From: an uncultured Candidatus Saccharibacteria bacterium | Lineage (GTDB): Bacteria > Patescibacteriota > Minisyncoccia > Minisyncoccales > UBA1441 | Assembly: GCA_964572275.1 (NCBI GenBank) | Contig: CAZNED010000002.1 | Location: forward strand, 12,582-76,581 | Reading direction: 5' to 3' | DNA: 64,000 bases | In this document: piece by piece, positions 8,014-17,853 of the stretch | Numbering within the stretch: position 1 is the stretch's first letter | Layout: each line of letters starts with the position of its first letter | The notes under the pieces: model-generated | The model's input: only the letters and a program-made list of their open reading frames with translations | What the model was told of the DNA's origin: nothing | Databases searched by the model: none | Translations under genes and position numbers: made by a program

Positions 8014-8402
8014 TTAATAAAGAAACTTATTATTTTTTCCTTGATTTGAGTCCAGAAGCTAGGATTAATTTCATCCTCAGCGGGTTCTTCTAACTTGGTT
8101 TCAAAGACTACTACTTGCTCCTCCGGTTTCTTAAGATTTAATCTTTCATGAGCTATCTGTTCCAAGAAAGCTTCCTGACCCATAGTTTCCATTTGAAACT
8201 CTAATTGCGCTTCCTTCGTTTCCAATGCTTTTACTTCCGCCTGAAGCTCTTCGGCTTTTTCAGCATAATCGCCACGATAACGATAAAGCCTTATATTATG
8301 ATAGGCAAAAAGTAAAACCAGGGCAAACAATAGAAGACAGGTTATCCCCAGCCATTTTCCACCTTTATTCTTTTTATGCGCCGGTCTCCAATAGCGAACC
8401 AT
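8004..8402 (-). CDS. Septum formation initiator FtsB/DivIC-like protein
   Basis: 132 aa. It has an N-terminal TM, a coiled coil and the motif EQIAHERLNLKKPEEQVVVF, similar to FtsB/DivIC EKIAREELG(M)VKPGE. The stop overlaps the 5' end of tRNA-Gly by 10 nt. Confidence 0.6.
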   Translation of the reverse strand: MVRYWRPAHKKNKGGKWLGITCLLLFALVLLFAYHNIRLYRYRGDYAEKAEELQAEVKALETKEAQLEFQMETMGQEAFLEQIAHERLNLKKPEEQVVVFETKLEEPAEDEINPSFWTQIKEKIISFFIKRQ

Positions 8403-8424
8403 ATTATAATTATAAACTAACTAA

Positions 8425-10209
8425 TCAACTCTTCAACATTTTCAAGAAAATATCCGGAGTCAACTCGACTCTTCCGAACTTAGCCAATCTCTTTTTCCCC
8501 TCTCTTTGTTTTACAAGAAGTTTCTTTTTGCGACTCCAATCACCACCATAGAGAGGGGCCGTAACATTTTTCTTGCGAGCCGCTATGGTTTGCCGGGCAA
8601 TTATCTTATTCTCTACCATACCTTGAATAATGACTGCAAATTGCTGACTGGGTAATATTTCTTTAAGGCGATCAACTGCCTGCCGGGCTTCCCGATAAGC
8701 ATCTTGCCGTGCAATTATGCGGGAGAGGCTTTCTTTAGCCTCGCTTGCTATCAATATCTCAAGCTTCACTAAATCAGCGCGACGATAATCTATGGGATGA
8801 TAACTGGCCGAAGCATGTCCTTCTGTAGCGCCCTTGAGAGAATCGCTAAAGCCGGCCATCACACAACGTAATGGAGCCTGATAAATTAAGACAAAGCGCT
8901 CGCTTTGAAGATATTGCTGTTCACAAAAAATACCATCCAAATGGCTTAATACTTCCATTGCCTGTCCGAGCCATCGATTAGGGACAACCACTTTTAATTC
9001 CACCCATGGTTCTTCAGCCCATTCCATTTTAGAAGCTTCCGGCCAATCAGCTGCTGAATTAATTATTTTAGGCAACTGTCCAACATATTTAACACGATAA
9101 TTGACCATGGGCGATGTAATAACCAAGGACAGTCCGAATTCTTCTTCGAGTCGACGAGCTGTAATTTCGGCATGTAACAAGCCCAAGAATCCCACTCTAA
9201 ATCCCTTACCTAACCCCTCTCTCTTTTCAAGCTCAAAGGTCAAAGCCGGGTCGTTGAGTCTGAGTTTTTCCAATGAAGATTTAAGTAAAAGAAAACCACC
9301 CTCATCTCGGGCATACAATCCATTAAAAACCATCGGTTGGATTTCTTGATATCCTAGAAGTGGACTTACCTCTTGACCTTCCAACGCCAATGTATCACCA
9401 ACTCTTACCCAGCCGGATTCCTTAAAACCAGTTGCAATATAACCGATATTCCCAGCCGAAAGCAATTCGGAAGAAACCAACTCCGGCCTAAAAATTCCAA
9501 CTTGTTTTACTTCACCCCTGGCTTCAGTCGCCTTCAAAAGAAACCTATCCCCTTCTTTGATAGAACCATTAAAGATTCTTAGATAAGCAATTACTCCCTG
9601 AAAAGGATCATATTCTGAGTCAAAAACCAAACCACGAAAGCCACCCTCCTCTTTTTTAGGCGATGGAATTTCTTGAATCACTCGATGCAACAACTCCTCT
9701 ACTCCTGTTCCATTTTTTGCTGAAATCAAGGAAACCGAATCTTCCGGCACATTAATAATAGATGCAATTTCTGTTCTCGCTTTTTCCACTTCGGCCTGAG
9801 GTAAATCAATTTTATTGACTACTGGCAGGATTACCAATCCTTGTTCCTGGGCCATGCGCAAATTAGCTAAAGTTTGAGCTTGTATCCCTTGAGAAGCGTC
9901 AACTAATAAAATAGCTCCTTCAGCCGCAGCTAAAGCTCGTGAAACCTCATAGCTAAAATCAACATGACCTGGAGTATCAATCAAGTTAAGCCGCCATGAT
10001 TTCCCCTGCCATGAATATTCCATGCAAACCGGATGCATTTTAATGGTAATGCCTTTTTCTTGTTCAAGACTCATGCGATCAAGAAACTGATCCCTCATTT
10101 TGCCTTTAGAGATAGTCCCTGTTAACTCCAAAAAACGATCTGCTAAAGTCGATTTACCATGATCAACATGGCTGATAATGACAAAATTCCTAATTGTCTC
10201 TAACATCAT
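8425..10209 (-). CDS. lepA: Elongation factor 4 (LepA)
   Basis: 594 aa. IRNFVIISHVDHGKSTLADR is the G1 motif, and the translational GTPase domains and LepA C-terminal domain are present. Confidence 0.95.
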   Translation of the reverse strand: MMLETIRNFVIISHVDHGKSTLADRFLELTGTISKGKMRDQFLDRMSLEQEKGITIKMHPVCMEYSWQGKSWRLNLIDTPGHVDFSYEVSRALAAAEGAILLVDASQGIQAQTLANLRMAQEQGLVILPVVNKIDLPQAEVEKARTEIASIINVPEDSVSLISAKNGTGVEELLHRVIQEIPSPKKEEGGFRGLVFDSEYDPFQGVIAYLRIFNGSIKEGDRFLLKATEARGEVKQVGIFRPELVSSELLSAGNIGYIATGFKESGWVRVGDTLALEGQEVSPLLGYQEIQPMVFNGLYARDEGGFLLLKSSLEKLRLNDPALTFELEKREGLGKGFRVGFLGLLHAEITARRLEEEFGLSLVITSPMVNYRVKYVGQLPKIINSAADWPEASKMEWAEEPWVELKVVVPNRWLGQAMEVLSHLDGIFCEQQYLQSERFVLIYQAPLRCVMAGFSDSLKGATEGHASASYHPIDYRRADLVKLEILIASEAKESLSRIIARQDAYREARQAVDRLKEILPSQQFAVIIQGMVENKIIARQTIAARKKNVTAPLYGGDWSRKKKLLVKQREGKKRLAKFGRVELTPDIFLKMLKS

Positions 10210-11840
10210 TTCTTTGGTTTTCGAACCAAAACGCTGACGATCTGAATTAATTCATTTCTATTTAATTTGTAACTGGCAATAAAGTAACTGGCCAGACCGG
10301 CAAACAAGGCAACCACCACTTGCCAGAAAATACCGATAGTTCTTTCCATATTAACCTGATCCGCCATGTAATAAAGAGCGGTGTAAACGAAGAATGCCAT
10401 TATTATTGAAGCCAATAATGTACGTAGCGAAAACAACAAAATATCTTTCAAGAATGGTTCAGACCATCTTCGGCGTAAAATAAATATTAGAGCTATTAAC
10501 TGGAAAATATTAGATAAAGAAAAAGCTAATGGTAAACCAACGATACGAATATCTGAAATATTTTTCAGACGCAATAATGAACTTATACCCTGATGGAAAG
10601 AACCATCCTGACCCAGAAAATGAAGGAATGTAAAGATAAGCAATACGTTTAATATAACCGAAGCAAAAACAATCCAAGCCGGAGTTTTATTATCTTGCAT
10701 AGCGCTAAATGTTCTTGAAACTAAAGTTACCAACGCCTGAGCAAAAACACCCAGGCAGAAAAGACCTAAGCAAGCCGCGGTCAAACGCGTATCTTCCCAT
10801 GAGAATTTGCCAGCTCCTAAAATAAGCCTTACCAATTGAGCCCTCAGAATAATGAAGACAATGCTACTAGGAATGATCATAAAGACAATCTGCTTGAAAC
10901 TAGTAATAAAATCTTTCACAAATTGTTTTTTATCATGACGAGCAAAAGCTAATGTCATAGCCGGGAAAACAGCCGTAGTAAAAGAAACACCGATTAATCG
11001 AGTTAATGCCTGACTAAAATCACCGGCCAGGTTGTAAACAGAAACACTGCCTATCGCTAAGAAAGAAGCAACAGCCGTAACAATTAAGAGATTGGCCTGA
11101 TTTAGAATAATAGCTAATGACCGCGGAATTGTTAACGTAATCAAGCGGCGCAATCCTGGATGTTTCCATGAAAATATTGGTAAACATCCGGATCTCAAGA
11201 AGAAGAATGACGGCAATTGTACCAATAAGTGCAATAATGCCCCCAGAACCATGCCCCACGCCAATCCGATTAATCCCAGCCAAGGCACGAAGAACATAAT
11301 GCCTATAATAATTCCCAGATTATGAAAAATTGGAGCCAAGGAGCTAACCAAAAATCGATCAAAGCATTGTAAAATACCGGAAATAATCGTACTTAATCCA
11401 AGTATGATTGGCGACAATAACATGACTCTCATCAACCAGATAATCTGTGATTGTATCGCCGCTTCAAATCCAGGCGCAATCACTTTAATAATCTGAGGAG
11501 CAAAAATTATTAAAATAGCCGAAAGGACAGCCAGGAAAAGAGGCATTTGATTAAAAACAGCCGACAAGAAAGCCCACCCTTCTTTTTCTGATTTCTGAGT
11601 ATACTCCCGGAATAATGGAACGACTGCTACCGAGATTGCTCCCATAATCAAAACAGCTGCAATAAAATCAGGAATTCTTAGAGCCGTAAAAAAAATATCT
11701 CGCTCGACAGGCAGGAATCTTCCTGCAATCAAGCGATTTCGCAATAAACCGAGTAAAGCACTAAATAAACTGGCAATAGCCAAAACAAAACCGGCCGATG
11801 TTGTATTATTTGTACGATGATTCCATATCTTTGCGATCAT
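10206..11840 (-). CDS. murJ: Lipid II flippase MurJ/MviN family
   Basis: 544 aa polytopic membrane protein with about 14 TM segments. The N-terminal LLGLLRNRLIAGRF is typical of the MurJ/MOP superfamily. Confidence 0.75.
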   Translation of the reverse strand: MIAKIWNHRTNNTTSAGFVLAIASLFSALLGLLRNRLIAGRFLPVERDIFFTALRIPDFIAAVLIMGAISVAVVPLFREYTQKSEKEGWAFLSAVFNQMPLFLAVLSAILIIFAPQIIKVIAPGFEAAIQSQIIWLMRVMLLSPIILGLSTIISGILQCFDRFLVSSLAPIFHNLGIIIGIMFFVPWLGLIGLAWGMVLGALLHLLVQLPSFFFLRSGCLPIFSWKHPGLRRLITLTIPRSLAIILNQANLLIVTAVASFLAIGSVSVYNLAGDFSQALTRLIGVSFTTAVFPAMTLAFARHDKKQFVKDFITSFKQIVFMIIPSSIVFIILRAQLVRLILGAGKFSWEDTRLTAACLGLFCLGVFAQALVTLVSRTFSAMQDNKTPAWIVFASVILNVLLIFTFLHFLGQDGSFHQGISSLLRLKNISDIRIVGLPLAFSLSNIFQLIALIFILRRRWSEPFLKDILLFSLRTLLASIIMAFFVYTALYYMADQVNMERTIGIFWQVVVALFAGLASYFIASYKLNRNELIQIVSVLVRKPKK

Positions 11841-11877
11841 ATCTATATCTGATTATTTTATCAGAATATTCTAAACA

Positions 11878-12208
11878 AAAAAGCTTGGCCCGCGATAAGC
11901 CGAATTCTGTTTAAACGGTTATCTATCTGGGCTGATTGTTACCAATCAGCTCAAGCGAGCTACCTGGAGAAATCTCCTTTTTGCTCTTGCACCCGGTAAG
12001 GATTTAGCCGTTTCACTCCTGATTTTCATCAGGACTCTCCCCGAAGGGAGCCATCTCTTTTCAGAAAATGGCGTCTCTGCTCGCACCTCTATTCAGGTTA
12101 GAACCCGAACGACGGCCGTTAGCCGCTACCTTTTTTCCCATGATAGGAGGGTGTTCGGACTTTCCTCGTTACTAAAAGTAACGCAACCGTTTCGCGAACC
12201 AAGCACTC
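11878..12208 (-). ncRNA. rnpB: RNase P RNA (bacterial type, reduced size about 330 nt)
   Basis: The minus strand contains the conserved P4 strands CGAGGAAAGUCCGAACACCCUCC (near the 5' end) and ACAGAAUUCGGCUUAUC (near the 3' end). The P1 pairing GUGCUUGGUUCGCG / CGCGGGCCAAGCU closes the molecule, and UUUUUU follows. No ORF spans this 400-nt gap. Confidence 0.8.
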
Positions 12209-12241
12209 AAATTATAATGAATTTTACTCTTATGTCAATAT

Positions 12242-12676
12242 TCAACAGAGCTTCCCTTCTTCCTGATCCAGCGCTTGATTTACCATCCTATCGGCATCAA
12301 TATTATCATCACGACTAATTAACGCGAAATTAACTTCCCCGAAGTCAATCTTTAAATTCCATAATTTTAAGAAGAGGGGAATAAGTTTATCATTAATAAT
12401 TTTATAGCGACCGTTAATCTGTTCTACTAAAAGTTGAGAATCCGACCGCATTTCTATATTTAAATTTCTAACCTTGGTTTTACCCCAAAGAGCCTTTACT
12501 TTCTCTAGCGCAAAAATAGCAGCCGAATATTCCGCTTCATTATTAGTTTTAACTCCTAAAACCCGCCCATATTCCTTAATAATCTTCCCGTGATGGTCTG
12601 TTATGACTACCCCTAGGGCAGCTTGACCGGGATTTCCGCGAGCCCCGCCGTCAATATAAATTACGATTTTATCCAT
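12242..12676 (-). CDS. rnhA: Ribonuclease HI
   Basis: 144 aa. IYIDGGARGNPGQAALGVV plus NNEAEYSAAIFALE (the DEDD catalytic residues) give the RNase H fold. Confidence 0.75.
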   Translation of the reverse strand: MDKIVIYIDGGARGNPGQAALGVVITDHHGKIIKEYGRVLGVKTNNEAEYSAAIFALEKVKALWGKTKVRNLNIEMRSDSQLLVEQINGRYKIINDKLIPLFLKLWNLKIDFGEVNFALISRDDNIDADRMVNQALDQEEGKLC

Positions 12677-13847
12677 GAAGTTTATTATAATTTTCTAATA
12701 AGCATAAACGGAACTTTTGCAAATCTTTATTGTCTATTCCGAAACCAGCCGCTGGCGGATGCCCACCATAATCAATCAGGCAATGAGAACAAGCATGCAT
12801 TAATGCCACGCAATCAATTCCTTTGGGGGCACGAGCCGAACCATAGCTATAAGTATCACCCTGGGAATAGATAAAAACGGGCCTACGATAAACATCGGCC
12901 AAGCGCGCCGCCACTGAAGCTACTGCCCGACGCGGCCAATCTTTATCACCCATAAAAATTATTTCAGGTAAATTATCCTCACTTAACCGCTGTTTGGCTT
13001 CATCAGTTATGATAGTCCTTAAAGCAACATTCTCTACAGCCTTTTTTTCCAACATTTTAATTAATTTCAAAATCTTGGAATGATTATCTTCTGTTAATAA
13101 AATAAAAGACTCAGCCACTCTCTGATTGTTAACAGAGCTAGCGTTTAATATAGTAATAATACGGTGAATCGCCTCTTTTAAGGTGATATCATCTTTATAA
13201 CAATAATTTAAACATGCACGCAAAGATGGCCTCGTAGTCTCTTCCAGAATACAGATAGTTTTATCGACAATATCAATATTGTCATGTTCTAAAGGCATCA
13301 TGTCAGCAATCGTAGCAATGCCAGCCATTTCTACAAATCTTCGTTCTAAAACATCAAAATCAGGATCTCCGTGAAGCATCCAGCAACTTAGATGATAACA
13401 AAGACCAGCTGCCGCTAATTGCTTAAAAACATAATTATCAGTGGGCTGCTTAGGATTAATAATAAGATTGGCAGGTGGCAATAAAGTTAAGGGTGGTTCG
13501 TGATGGTCAATTATAATGACAGTAAAGCCGAGATTCTTAGCCTCATGGATAGCTTCGACATCGCTGATCCCCAGATCAACCAGAATAATAGTCCCGATCG
13601 AATTTTTTCTTAAAAATTGCAACACCGGAATGCTAAACCCCCTTCCTTCTTTTTCTTTTAAGCAAAAAACATTCTCTACTTTTGAAAATCCCAATCTCTC
13701 TAATGATTCCTTGATGATAATTGACGAAGAAATGCCGTCAATATCTTCATCACCGTAAATAATAATCCTTTCTTCCCTGGGTAGCCTTCTAATATAATCG
13801 GCTACCTCTTTCATATTTTTGATCGGCGATAAATCCATCTCAACCAA
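12669..13847 (-). CDS. DHH/DHHA1-family phosphoesterase (NrnA/RecJ-like)
   Basis: 392 aa. The DHH motif is TVIIIDHHEP and the DHHA1 motif is IDYGGHPPAAGFGI. Confidence 0.7.
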   Translation of the reverse strand: MVEMDLSPIKNMKEVADYIRRLPREERIIIYGDEDIDGISSSIIIKESLERLGFSKVENVFCLKEKEGRGFSIPVLQFLRKNSIGTIILVDLGISDVEAIHEAKNLGFTVIIIDHHEPPLTLLPPANLIINPKQPTDNYVFKQLAAAGLCYHLSCWMLHGDPDFDVLERRFVEMAGIATIADMMPLEHDNIDIVDKTICILEETTRPSLRACLNYCYKDDITLKEAIHRIITILNASSVNNQRVAESFILLTEDNHSKILKLIKMLEKKAVENVALRTIITDEAKQRLSEDNLPEIIFMGDKDWPRRAVASVAARLADVYRRPVFIYSQGDTYSYGSARAPKGIDCVALMHACSHCLIDYGGHPPAAGFGIDNKDLQKFRLCLLENYNKLHG

Positions 13848-14964
13848 TCAGATTATCACTTAACAAAGATTCAAATGGTGGCAATTTTTGGCCAGCAGCC
13901 ATTCTCATCATCGTCTCTCCCCCGTTAGAAACATGAGAAAACTTGTCCAAGAGATTAAGTTTCCCTAAGAACCCTACTATTTCTCGCCCGCCGACTACCG
14001 AATAAAGATCTGTTTTTTGAGTAATAGCTTCGGCAATTGCCTGTGTTCCTCGACTGAATTCCGGCCAGGCATAAAGCCCAAGTGGACCTCGCCATATCAA
14101 ACCCTTGGAATGGTTAATGATATTCTTAAAAAGACGTATTGTCTCTGGTCCAATATCATAAATATCATCCTCTTTGCGGACCTCCCCCGGAGCAAAAACA
14201 CGACGATAAGAATCATCGAGATTCTTGGGGCCAGTAACAACATCTATAGGTAAGTGTAATTTTGGATCAGCTAAATTTATTTTCTTGATTAATCTCACGA
14301 TTTGATCATCGGGCCAATCTCTCCCAGGTGAAATGCCTTTGACCCTGAATATCGCTTCAGCAATCTTCCCGCTAACCAGAATATGTTCTGATTTTTCCAA
14401 AAACATTAATAACAGCCTTAATGAATCTGCCACCCTGTCTCCGCCTAAAACAACAGTCATTGCCTGATCATTCAATCGTTCGATAGAATTCTTCTCTTTT
14501 AATAAATCAAACCCTCCAGCACTTTCTAGAAAATCAGGCAATTGAGTCAATGAAGCATACGACAAATAACTAGTCCCAAATGCTTCATTAACATAAATAT
14601 CGGCTAATCTTGATAAAGCCTGAGCTAGAACCGAATCCCCTCTTTCTTCTTCGGGATAGATAACTAAATTCTCTAAGAGAACAACCTGATTTTGCTCTAG
14701 ACAATTTTTAACTTTATCGGGAAATGACTTTTCAAATATTGATTGATCTAGAAAAGTGACTGATCGCCCCGTGATTTTCTCTAATTCATCTATCCAAGGC
14801 ATAAGACTCATCTCCTTCTCCAAACTTCCAATTATTATCAATGAAGTTTTATGTTTGAGTAGATATTCAATCGTTTGGCGACAAGATTTGAATGATTCAT
14901 CAAAATCCAACTGAAGTATAACTCTCTTATCTTTTAAATTTATTTTGTCTAAAGAATTAATCAT
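13840..14964 (-). CDS. pgk: Phosphoglycerate kinase
   Basis: 374 aa. VVLLENLVIYPEEE...LADIYVNEAFGTS, VVLGGDRVADSLRLL, IWRGPLGLYAWPEFSRGT and VVGGREIVGFL...HVSNGGETMM align with conserved PGK blocks. Confidence 0.85.
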   Translation of the reverse strand: MINSLDKINLKDKRVILQLDFDESFKSCRQTIEYLLKHKTSLIIIGSLEKEMSLMPWIDELEKITGRSVTFLDQSIFEKSFPDKVKNCLEQNQVVLLENLVIYPEEERGDSVLAQALSRLADIYVNEAFGTSYLSYASLTQLPDFLESAGGFDLLKEKNSIERLNDQAMTVVLGGDRVADSLRLLLMFLEKSEHILVSGKIAEAIFRVKGISPGRDWPDDQIVRLIKKINLADPKLHLPIDVVTGPKNLDDSYRRVFAPGEVRKEDDIYDIGPETIRLFKNIINHSKGLIWRGPLGLYAWPEFSRGTQAIAEAITQKTDLYSVVGGREIVGFLGKLNLLDKFSHVSNGGETMMRMAAGQKLPPFESLLSDNLIG

Positions 14965-16504
14965 CTAAATTGACAGTTTGATTTGGCTTAATTATTTTAG
15001 GACTGCTTTTTTCACTATGGTTTCTTTCAATAATCTTTTTTAAAATACTACGATATCCTTCTTTCGATGCTTCTTCTTCGTTGATTCCTTCATCTTTGGC
15101 AATTTTCTTAAGGCATGATTTGCAATAATAAAGACGGTCGGGAGCCGGCTTGAATGTCAGTTTAAATTCTTTCCCGCAACTACTACAGATGGCTTCATGT
15201 AAATCCGATCCTTTGGGAGTAGCCACCTCAACCTCTTCCATCCAGCGATTAATCTTGTCTTCCACTTTCTTATGAGGCGTCCCGTAATGCTCGCGCGACA
15301 CTGCAATAATTTTATCACGATGTGTGTGTTCTGGTATCGGGCGAGGCACCAATGTTTTAGCCGAAAAAGTACGATTAGCCAGGCCATCAATCATTAATTT
15401 AATATAGATATTATATTTATCTAAATTGACTATATTCAATGCCTCAAAATCAGGAGCAAATTCCTTTTCAAGATACTCGGCATCTTCAGCCCCAACCCTG
15501 AAACAAGCCAGCGTCCCTACGTTGCCAAAAACAGCATCTCTGATAGATTCTTCCATTTGCGTAACATATTGATGTGTTATCGTAAGGTTTAATCTGTATT
15601 TTCTGGCCTCAGAAAAGATATTTGTAAATGATTTTGTGGCAAAATTTTGAAATTCGTCTACATAAAGATAAAAATCACGTCTTTCTGGTTCAGGAATATC
15701 AACTCTGGACATTGCCGCTATCTGCAATTTTGTAACAATTAATGCTCCCAATAAACTTGAAGCATCTTCCCCCACCTTTCCTTTGGATAAATTAACTAAT
15801 AATATCTTCCCCTCATCCATTGCCTTTCTGATATCAATTGATGTTTTAACTTGACCGATAATGCCTCTGATTAGGGGAGCTGAAATAAGTTGGCCAATTT
15901 TATTCTGGATAGCAGCCGTAGCTTCTATCTCATATCGCTCACTGTAACGAGTAAATTCTTTAGTCCAGAACGATTTTACTACTGGATCACTAACCTTTTT
16001 GATAACCTTCTCCCTATAAGCAACATCTGACAATAATCGATTAATACCCAACAAGGTCGCACCAGGATGCTCTAATAAAGCCAAAATTGCATAATTAAGG
16101 ATGTATTCCATACGCGCGCTCCAAACATCGGGCCAAATCTTTTTAAATGTTCCCATCAACCCGCTAGCCACTAAATGCCTGAGTTCCGTCGGCACCCTTT
16201 CCATAACATTAAAAGCTACCGGATATTCCCTGTCAGCCGGATTAAAGTAAATCACATCGTTTGTTCTATGAGAAGGAATAAAATCCAATAAACTATCAAC
16301 GAGCTCGCCATGAGGATCGATGAATCCTAAGCCCCGGCCATTCTCTATATCTTGAATAGCCATATTCTTAAGCAATTCTGATTTACCCATACCCGTCTTC
16401 CCTACCACATAAAAATGCTGACGGCGATCTGGTTGTTTAATTCCGAAACGCCTGTCTTGACCGCGAAAATTGGTTGACCCCAAGAGGGTGATATTCTCCG
16501 CCAT
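14957..16504 (-). CDS. P-loop NTPase of the type-IV coupling-protein-like superfamily (TraG/VirD4/TrwB or HerA/FtsK-like) with a C-terminal zinc ribbon
   Basis: 515 aa. Walker A is VVGKTGMGKSE and Walker B is FYLYVDEFQNF, followed by LNLTITHQYVTQM (compare the T4CP DEfxNl...QS..Ql). The C-terminus has CSSCGKEF...YYCKSC (CxxC...CxxC). There is no N-terminal TM segment. Confidence 0.55.
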   Translation of the reverse strand: MAENITLLGSTNFRGQDRRFGIKQPDRRQHFYVVGKTGMGKSELLKNMAIQDIENGRGLGFIDPHGELVDSLLDFIPSHRTNDVIYFNPADREYPVAFNVMERVPTELRHLVASGLMGTFKKIWPDVWSARMEYILNYAILALLEHPGATLLGINRLLSDVAYREKVIKKVSDPVVKSFWTKEFTRYSERYEIEATAAIQNKIGQLISAPLIRGIIGQVKTSIDIRKAMDEGKILLVNLSKGKVGEDASSLLGALIVTKLQIAAMSRVDIPEPERRDFYLYVDEFQNFATKSFTNIFSEARKYRLNLTITHQYVTQMEESIRDAVFGNVGTLACFRVGAEDAEYLEKEFAPDFEALNIVNLDKYNIYIKLMIDGLANRTFSAKTLVPRPIPEHTHRDKIIAVSREHYGTPHKKVEDKINRWMEEVEVATPKGSDLHEAICSSCGKEFKLTFKPAPDRLYYCKSCLKKIAKDEGINEEEASKEGYRSILKKIIERNHSEKSSPKIIKPNQTVNLDD

Positions 16505-16551
16505 TACAAACCCAATCTTATCACAATTAAATATTGCTTAAAACTAAAAAA

Positions 16552-17844
16552 TTATTCCACTGGCAAATTTGATGGAGGTTCGCCTTTTTTGGCTCGGATT
16601 CTCTCCAATCCCGAAGCCGGAGCCATAGCTCGGCTAGGAAAATGGAAAAGACTTGCCAATTCCTCTGTATTTAAAATATAAACCTCTTTACTCTCTGGAT
16701 AACCCGGGAATAAACGATTTAAATAATGCCAAAAAACATCTCGTTGTTTGAGATAAAGACGCTTATCTTCAAGCGGTGGATATTTTATTGAGGTTGATTT
16801 CGGTTTAAAGCTATTTAAATTTTCGGTATTAAATCCCAAGAAAAAGTTAATCGGAATTGTCACTCGAGGCTTGAAGAAGACATCTCTTTTGGCCAGATAT
16901 AAAACACGGATAAAACACTCAAAGCTTGGCTTGCTAGCCTTGCGATCAATTGCCTCGGCTATCCTCTTCTCTGCCTCAGGAATATCTTGCAAGGAAGGTT
17001 TTGTTTTCTCTTTAACTTCCACATCTTTAAATTCTTGTTGGAAGAACAAGATATCGATCACTTGTCTAAAGATAGGCTTTCTGACAATTTCTTTACCAGC
17101 ATCCCCTCTTTGTAAAACCTTATCGCGTGCTAGTTTTGCTCGCGTTATCCAACCCGTTAAATCTTCTCGGGTCGGAGCGGCCACGATCTGCATCCATATT
17201 TGTTCTCCAGGTTTGAGTGTCGATAATCCTTCTAATAAAGCAGACATTGGCTCTATTTTAAATTGCTCTTTGTCAGATGGGCTCTCTTCAAAAAAGACCG
17301 GATATGTTTTAATTGGATAACTATCTGGCTTAATCATCTTGATATCAGTTCCCCAAAGGTTCCATTCTTGATTAGGTAAAGGATTAGGAACTTTCAATGT
17401 ATATTCCTCAAAGTCTTGAATTTCCAGCTCCGGATACTGCGCATAGATAACAGACTTTGCTGTTTCAGCTTGGCCCGACGGCACTCTCATCAATAAATGA
17501 ATGCTTCCTTCTCGAGCAACAATTTCTAAAGAAAAGTGAAGAATTTGCTTTCCTTCCAGCCATTTTTCTCGCGCATTAGGATCATCTAAAACAAACCATA
17601 AATTAGCAAACAATTGCTCCATGGCCTTAATCGGCCTATTTATTTCTTCTGATAATTTAATCTCCAGAAGTTTATATTTTCCTTTATCCCTGGACCAAAT
17701 ATCCTGAATATAATTAAGATAGATGCCTCTCCAATACGGATAAAACAAAAATGGCGGCAAGATCCACCACCACGCTAAAAGCATTCTCCATAAACAAATT
17801 ATTACCTCTATTGCCCCGATGCCCAAATTGCTCAAACTCGTCAT
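16552..17844 (-). CDS. Hypothetical N-terminally membrane-anchored protein, possible partner of the upstream ATPase
   Basis: 430 aa. It has one hydrophobic N-terminal segment (IEVIICLWRMLLAWWWILPPFLFYPYW) followed by a soluble domain with no recognisable motif. It lies 47 nt downstream of the ATPase on the same strand. Confidence 0.5.
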   Translation of the reverse strand: MTSLSNLGIGAIEVIICLWRMLLAWWWILPPFLFYPYWRGIYLNYIQDIWSRDKGKYKLLEIKLSEEINRPIKAMEQLFANLWFVLDDPNAREKWLEGKQILHFSLEIVAREGSIHLLMRVPSGQAETAKSVIYAQYPELEIQDFEEYTLKVPNPLPNQEWNLWGTDIKMIKPDSYPIKTYPVFFEESPSDKEQFKIEPMSALLEGLSTLKPGEQIWMQIVAAPTREDLTGWITRAKLARDKVLQRGDAGKEIVRKPIFRQVIDILFFQQEFKDVEVKEKTKPSLQDIPEAEKRIAEAIDRKASKPSFECFIRVLYLAKRDVFFKPRVTIPINFFLGFNTENLNSFKPKSTSIKYPPLEDKRLYLKQRDVFWHYLNRLFPGYPESKEVYILNTEELASLFHFPSRAMAPASGLERIRAKKGEPPSNLPVE

Positions 17845-17853
17845 AAATTTGAT

